Below are positions 38,625 to 44,853 of a DNA stretch of 44,853 nt, one piece after another (within the stretch, counting starts at the first letter, position 1; each line of letters begins with the position of its first letter). A model generated the notes under the pieces. That model was not told the DNA's origin and did not search any database. It worked only from the letters and a program-made list of their open reading frames with translations. Origin of the DNA: Macrostomum lignano (taxonomy: Eukaryota); contig NIVC01004470.1 in NCBI GenBank assembly GCA_002269645.1, positions 1 through 44,853 of the forward strand. Direction: 5' to 3'. The position numbers and the translations under genes were made by a program.

Positions 38625-39110
38625 CACTGCGGAGATATGAGCCCTATCTCTGTGCATTGGGGACGGCTAAGCACTGCAGAGATATGAGCCCTATCTCTGT
38701 GCATTGGGGACGGCTAAGCACTGCAGAGATATGAGCTCTATCTCTGTGCATTGGGGACGGCTAAGCACTGCAGAGATATGAGCTCTATCTCTGTGCATTG
38801 GGGACGGCTAAGCACTGCAGAGATATGAGCTCTATCTCTGTGCATTCGGGACGGCTAAGCACTGCAGAGATATGAGCTCTATCTCTGTGCATTGGGGACG
38901 GCTAAGCACTGCAGAGATATGAGCTCTATCTCTGTGCATTGGGGACGGCTAAGCACTGCAGAGATATGAGCTCTATCTCTGTGCATTGGGGACGGCTAAG
39001 CACTGCGGAGATATGAGCTCTATCTCTGTGCATTGGGGACGGCTAAGCACTGCAGAGATATGAGCTCTATCTCTGTGCATTGGGGACGGCTAAGCACTGC
39101 GGAGATAGAG
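38625..39110. repeat. 47-bp hairpin-forming tandem array (10 full units plus a partial), bracketed by a duplicated 39-bp hairpin block
   Basis: Unit CACTGCAGAGATATGAGCTCTATCTCTGTGCATTGGGGACGGCTAAG with stem CAGAGATA/TATCTCTG. Block ATGATACTGCCGC...GCGGCAA at 38564-38602 and 39118-39156. One more degenerate unit near 39177. Confidence 0.93.
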
Positions 39111-39558
39111 GCGATTCATGATACTGCCGCACTAGCACTGGCGAGATAGGCGGCAAAAAGGATATAGGAAAAATACACTGCGGAGAGGATCCTATCTCTG
39201 TGCATTGGGAACGGCTAAACATTGCAGAGATAAGAGGGGTGGCCAATCTCTGTGCTCTGTGTTAGGGTGAGGTTATAAAGTTTTACAACTGCACAGAGGA
39301 CGGCTGGTGTTGCTTACCTGGATAAGGGGACGGGGGGGATACACTAATTACAGCCGGTGGCCTCTATAACGGTAAAGTAATTATTACCTGAGCATGGCTG
39401 GATGTTCATATACGATATGATAAGGAGAGGGCATGCATGTACAAATTACTATATAAGCAGCCACGCAAGTACAAATAAACAAATAGACAAAAACAAATTG
39501 TATAAAAGGATTTTTAAAAACCTTACTACTTCTAAAAAACAACTCTTTCTCTTTCAAA

Positions 39559-40870
39559 ATGAAAACTTTTAAAAGTTGTCATAGAGACCTCTATGAGGTC
39601 TGTATAAGCTGCGAAGTGTGCCTGCTTGGAGGCGTGTCCCCAAGACACCACGACAATAAGAGAACTGTCTGGTCTCATGCTGGTTGGCATGCGACCAGTG
39701 CGGCACCGTCGAAGCTCTGCAGGAGGGAAAAATTCCAGCATATCATCGAGGACACAGGATCGTCAGCGATGACAAGAAAAAGCAAGAAAGTAACCGCTGG
39801 AAAGTAATCCGCGCCATCAAAAAGAGCAACGAGAGAGAAAAGAAGATCCAGCAGAAAAAGGGAGCCAGCAGGAGTCTGCTATCAGCTCACTTGAGTCAAG
39901 TAATTGACTCTACATTGAAGAGGATGAGGCCAAGCGGGTCTTCAGCAGCTGCAGAATTTGAAGTTGAGCTGTCTGCTGGAGTCGAGGCTGCTGGAGTCGA
40001 GGCTGCTGGAGTCGAGGCTGCTGGAGTCGAGGCTGCTGGAGTCGAGGCTGCTGGAGTCGAGGCTGCTGGAGTCGAGGCTGCTGGAGTCGAGGCTGCTGGA
40101 GTCGAGGCTGCTGGAGTCGAGGCCGCTGGAGTCGAGGCTGCTGGAGTCGAGGCTGCTGGAGTCGAGGCTGCTGGAGTCGAGGCTGCTGCTGTCATAAACT
40201 TCATAGAGGAAGATGTCCTGGATCAGTTCCTCAGGGAATTCAACGCTGGTCAGCAGCAGCAGCAACCTGTCTCTTCGGTTCCGGTGATTGCTGGAAAACA
40301 ACTTCATCTAGTTGAAGACGACCACGAAATGGAAATCCTAGAAGAGGAGGGCAGCGACAATGAGTCGCATAATGCAATTGTGCCACCTGCAGCTCCAGCC
40401 GCCCCAGCTGCTCTGGCCGCCCCAGCTGCTCTGTCCGCCCCAGCTGCTCTGGCCGCCCCAGCTGCTCCAGCCGCCCCAGCTGCTCTGGCCGCCCCAGCTG
40501 CTCTGGCCGCCCCAGCTGCTCTGGCCGCCCCAGCTGCTCTGGCCGCCCCAGCTGCTCTGTCCGCCCCAGCTGCTCCAGCCGCCCAGCTGCTCTGGCCGCC
40601 CCAGCTGCTCCAGCCGCCCCAGCTGCTCTGGCCGCCCCAGCTGCTCTGGCCGCCCCAGCTGCTCTGGCCGCCCCAGCTGCTCCAGCCGCCCCAGCTGCTC
40701 TGGCTGCCCCAGCTGCTCCAGCCGCCCCAGCTGCAGCCTCTACAATTCCAGCTTCTCAATCCGAAACTCCACCCGTGCCAGCTGGAGTTGCCTTCTTTCT
40801 GCCTCCTGTCGGCGGGGCTGGGTACGAGGTAACGATTTTCGAAAATCGTATTAGAATTGTGCCGCTGTGA
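39559..40870 (+). CDS. Polinton ORF1, unknown function: Cys/His-rich N-terminus, basic coiled region, (GVEAA)n and (APAALA)n repeats; two -1 frameshifts
   Basis: Adding one A at ~39659 and one C at ~40583 gives a continuous ORF MKTFKSC...CISCEVC...ENCLVSCWLACDQCG...FFLPPVGGAGYEVTIFENRIRIVPL*. A TATATAA sequence lies near 39450. Confidence 0.6.
39975..40187 (+). repeat. Coding 15-bp tandem repeat (GVEAA), about 14 units
   Basis: Unit GCTGGAGTCGAGGCT. Confidence 0.95.
40390..40735 (+). repeat. Coding 18-bp tandem repeat (APAALA)
   Basis: Unit GCCCCAGCTGCTCTGGCC with CCA/TCC variants. Confidence 0.93.
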
Positions 40871-41752
40871 CTAAGCAATTTTTGTACTTTTTTGCTTTCT
40901 GTGTGGAGTGAGAAATCTACCCATTTATTGCAATTATTGCTAAAACTTTATTTCAACTAGCTTTTTAAAGTTGAAAGTAGGTACATTAATTAATGATTTG
41001 ATCATCTCATAACTCTGTATTCGCTTCTAGGAATCTTGCTTATAAGTTTTCAGTTTTCATTTCCAAATTAGTTTTAAAAAAAGCTCGTAGCTCGTAGTGG
41101 CAACCAATATTTTTTTGGTATCCGAGGTAAAAAAATTATTTGAAAAGTAGGTGAAACATTATACAGTTGAATTTAACAAATTAAAATCAACATAACATAC
41201 TTTCAATAAATTGGTGATGGTTTCGTATGCTTGGTGCGATTGATTAGGTATAATTTTCTTTCTACTGCTTTGACGCGGTGTTTCCTCATTCTTTAATTAT
41301 TGAACTTTTCAGCTATATTTCTGCTTCTAAACTCTCGTCTGTATTTGTAATTCATTGTTCCATGCATTGTTTATTGACTATGATTGCACCATGTGAATTC
41401 GATAATTTTTTTAAAATATATATATATAATGTCAGCATTTTTCCACTCGGTGATTGGTTTGTTAATTAACTATTGGCTTCATTTTGCATTTTTTACCGAT
41501 TGAGTCTGCGTAGGAGGCAAATAGAAACGAACTTTTACGAATAGGGATCAATAGAATATGCATGCAGAGAGCTAGCTTAAGGGAGAACCAAAAAAATATA
41601 ACCAGCATCTACTAGCTTGTAAGTGTGGATATTGTACCAGTATTGCAGCAATAAAGACTTACGAAAAAGATTTCCAATATTCACTCCCAGTTGCTTATGA
41701 CACTCAGTTGCAGCCAGTAAACACTGTCAGCTTTTAACTGCTTGCCTTTTCT

Positions 41753-44700
41753 ATGGTTGAGCACTCCTGGATGGAGCAGGAGAATGACCACTCATGGATG
41801 GAGAATGACCACTCATGGATGGAGAATGACCACTCATGGATGGAGAATGGCCACTCGTGGATGGAGGATGACCACTCGTGGATCGAGTATGACCACCCTT
41901 GGGTGGACCATGACGTCAGCAGCGAGTCAGCAGCCAGCAGCGAGTCGGCAGCCAGCAGCGAGTCGGCAGCCAGCAGCGAGTCGGCAGCCAGCAGCGAGTC
42001 GGCAGCCAGCAGCGAGTCAGCAGCCAGCAGCGAGTCAGCAGCCAGCAGCGAGTCAGCAGCCAGCAGCGAGTCAGCAGCCAGCAGCGAGTCAGCAGCCAAC
42101 AGCGAGTCGGTGACTGATGCACACCAAGGTAAGTGCCTTTATTTATCCTTTTCAACTTACTTAAAAATTTTCTTATCAATGCGATGTATATTATGCAGTC
42201 TAAAAATTTAGTCCAAAGAATGGGAGAAGGGGAGATAAAAGACTTTATACCGGTAGGGTTGTACATGTATGCTTGGGTACAGACGTTTAGTTTAGTATCT
42301 TTGATATTTGAAACTATAGGCAGCAAAAAACAAAAATATTATCCTAAAACCACAAACCAGGTTCAACAGTCAGCTTCAGCAGAGTTGCCCAAGCCTATGA
42401 TCAATCACTGGAAATACTGAGGCTCAGATCGAGTCACCCAGACACGCTTCCGTCAGAATTTTTTGTCCAAGCTGGAGACAAAATTATTGAGGCAGTTCAG
42501 CAAAGAATTTCAATACATCATTACAAAGTTCAGCTAAAGGCGAATATTCGAATGGTCCGAATAAGAGATGGGGAGATGCTTGCCGAAGAGGACAGATGGA
42601 TAAGCTGTAAAATGCAGGCCCTAGACCTAGGTGGTGAAGCAGGCCGTTTAAACAACTGGTTGATTGAGCAGGAGCAGGAGTTGGAGAGGATCTGTAGTAT
42701 GATTAATACGAACGGCAGTGGCTGGACAATTAAACAAATTAATTTTCTAGACATCAACCTTGCCAGGTACAATCCAATTCGATTTCGCCAGGGCAGAGCC
42801 GTTAGATTCAATCTTCCTGCCAGTTTGAAGAACAAAAAGGCTGTTATCAATCCACCGAGCACAGGCAAAGACTGTTTCCTGTACGCCTGTCTCGCTGCAC
42901 TGCACAGCGCCGATCCGAAAGTTCAGAAATCGCCCAACAGAATATCCTCTTACGATGAATGGTTGCGTGAGCTGGACTTTGCAGAAATCTCCATGCCAGT
43001 GAGTGTCGCTGATATCGATCGCGTCGAGTCTAACAATCCAGGAATTTGCATTTCTGCGTTCTCTTGGCAGCAGGGCAGTGTGACTCTTCTCCGTCGCCGC
43101 AAGCATGAGTCAGATGACCGAAGACACCTCATGCTTTTGCTAGTTAAAGACAGCTACGGATCGGAGCACTGGTGTGCAATTACTAATTTTGACAGGTTAA
43201 TGAACAGTCGTAATGGTCCCGCCATGAGGAAGTGGTGCACGAAATGTTTAACATCATTTTATAGCAACGAGAGGCTTCAAGAGCACAGGAACGAATGCAG
43301 CATTACTGCAGAAAATCCTGTCAAAGAAACGCTTCCAGTTCCAGGACAGAATGAAATAAAGTTCCGAAACTGTCAAAACACTGTCAGTCCACCATTCGTT
43401 GCCTATGCCGACCTGGAAGCCATTTTGCGAGCGAACACAGACCCTGCTAACCTGATCTCAAAGCATGAACCATGTGCAGCAGCTTTTCTTGCAGTGCCTC
43501 GTGAAGGCATGACAGGACCTCCGCTTAGGCCAGAAGGAGACATGTACAAGGTCTTTTGCAATGCGGACCCTGATGAGTGTATCCTTGGTTTTCTCAAATC
43601 TCTGAAAGCCTGGCTCAGGATATATTTCACTGGAACCAGAAGCATAGCCACCAGCCGGCTGACCGATCATCCGCGACCTCATGGATGATTTCAATTCTGC
43701 TGAGGTATGTCACTACTGCAAGAAGAACTTTAAAAGTTCTACAGATAAACATTTTGACCACGATCATTTAAATGGACAGTACAAAGGTGCAGCATGTCAA
43801 GAATGCAACCTGCGAGCACAGCTCCGACGCCGGTTTCTGCCCCTGGTTTTTCACAACTTAGGCGGCTACGACCTTCATCTTCTACTTTCCACTGCGCTTG
43901 GGAGCATGAAAAATTGGAAACTTAGTGTTGTTCCGCAATCATCCGAGCGATACTTGTCACTAAGGGCGGAATTCCCTGTTGCAAGTTACGTAAAGAACGG
44001 AAAAGTTGTGCCAATCATGTTTACAATTCAGTTCATCGACTCGCTCTGCTTTTTGAAGGGAAGTTTGTCCAATTTGTTTGCTAATCTTCCCGAAGCTGAA
44101 TGCAAGCTGACAATGCAAATGCTTGAGTCAAGACCACATCTTTCAAGAGAGCTACTTCGAAAAAAAGGGATTTTCCCATATGATTACCTCACAGGATTTG
44201 AGATTCTCGAGCAGTCGGTTTTGCGCCTAAAGATGCTTTTTTTAATCGACTTTCCGATCGGGAATTTCCGACGACGACTACAATAGAGCAAGAGCGGCAT
44301 GGGCGGCATTTCAATGCAAAGTTTGAAGGATTATATGCTCGCCTATCTTGAAATGGATGTAAGGCAGCTGGCTGACATTTTCGAGACATTCCGACAGGCC
44401 AGTCTGAAAGAGGACGGATTGGATCCGGTACACTACTTTACTACTCCTGGTTTGTCTTACGACTCAGCTCTAAAGTCGACTGGAGTGGTTCTAGAGCAGC
44501 TGACTGATGCTGACATGTATATCTGTTTGAGAAAGGGAATACGAGGAGGCATGTCCTTCATTAATGTGCATTGCGTCAAAGGTAATAATCCTAGCTTGCC
44601 AGGTTATGATGATCAGCAAGAGAGTGTAAGCCTCATGCGATCGATATGAACAACTTGTATGGCTTTGCCCTGTCGCTTCCGCTTCCATGCAGGGAATTCA

Positions 44701-44853
44701 GGTGGGTACCGGAACAGGAAATCCAGTTCTGGGACTCCAATCGGTTTCTGTCACTCAATCCAGAAGCCGAGATCGCCTACCTTGTTCAACTCGATCTAGA
44801 ATACCCAGCTGAGATTCAGCGATTCGACTCAGGAGTTACCGTTTGCACCTGAA
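41753..44853 (+). CDS. Protein-primed DNA polymerase B (pPolB) of Polinton type, with predicted N-terminal repeat exon (41753-42128), intron, several frameshifts and a 3' end beyond the window
   Basis: Motifs FVAYADLEA (ExoI), FHNLGGYDLH (ExoII), FIDS, KKGIFPYDY, YLEMDVRQLAD (ExoIII), GLDPVHY...PGLSYD, GIRGG, DMNNLYG. Zinc finger CTKC...HRNEC. Endonuclease VII-like CHYC...DHDHLNGQYKGAACQECN insert. Confidence 0.93.
41767..42108 (+). repeat. Adjacent 21-bp (MENDHSW) and 18-bp (SSESAA) tandem repeats in the predicted first polB exon
   Basis: Units ATGGAGAATGACCACTC(A/G)TGG and AGCAGCGAGTC(A/G)GCAGCC. Confidence 0.9.

Larger units (their letters stand above)
38548..44853 (+). mobile_element. 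Left arm of a Polinton/Maverick (adintovirus-like) element, truncated by the window end
   Basis: Starts AGTAGTAGGGCG (AGT-repeat termini are typical of Polintons), followed by a subterminal tandem array, then ORF1 and a protein-primed PolB. The pPolB identity is firm; the terminus position is inferred. Confidence 0.85.

Noticed and set aside
38625-39110. CRISPR-like array of palindromic repeats
   Set aside because: The units are contiguous and identical with no unique spacers, there are no cas genes, and the context is eukaryotic.
43570-43610. CTGATGA...GAAA hammerhead-like motif
   Set aside because: No stem II pairing; inside the pPolB coding sequence.

Overview
Eukaryotic (animal) genomic DNA with GC-rich spliced exons, AT-rich introns and many minisatellites. 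The style suggests a free-living flatworm such as Macrostomum, but that is inference only. Host genes reconstructed by eye from GT-AG sites and phase matching: a 13-exon mucin-like single-pass membrane protein of the KIAA1549/UPF0606 type (3441-16992, +), an intronless Ly6/uPAR-type GPI protein (19916-20263, +), FTCD (22871-25629, -), a type II membrane FkbM-family methyltransferase (28730-30901, +) and a partial beta-propeller-like gene (34245-~38262, -). Mobile DNA: a hAT-type MITE with 8-bp TSD, three copies of a tRNA-headed SINE, a 1.7-kb tyrosine-recombinase-only element with Ngaro/PAT-type split direct repeats, a Penelope-like remnant with a degenerate hammerhead ribozyme, and the left arm of a Polinton/Maverick (38548 to window end). 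The Polinton's protein-primed DNA polymerase appears to be spliced to an acidic repeat exon, and most of its frameshifts look like long-read errors. Most long ORFs in the supplied track are stop-free shadows of tandem repeats. No tRNA, rRNA or CRISPR locus was seen. All exon boundaries and family assignments are manual and need database or RNA confirmation.
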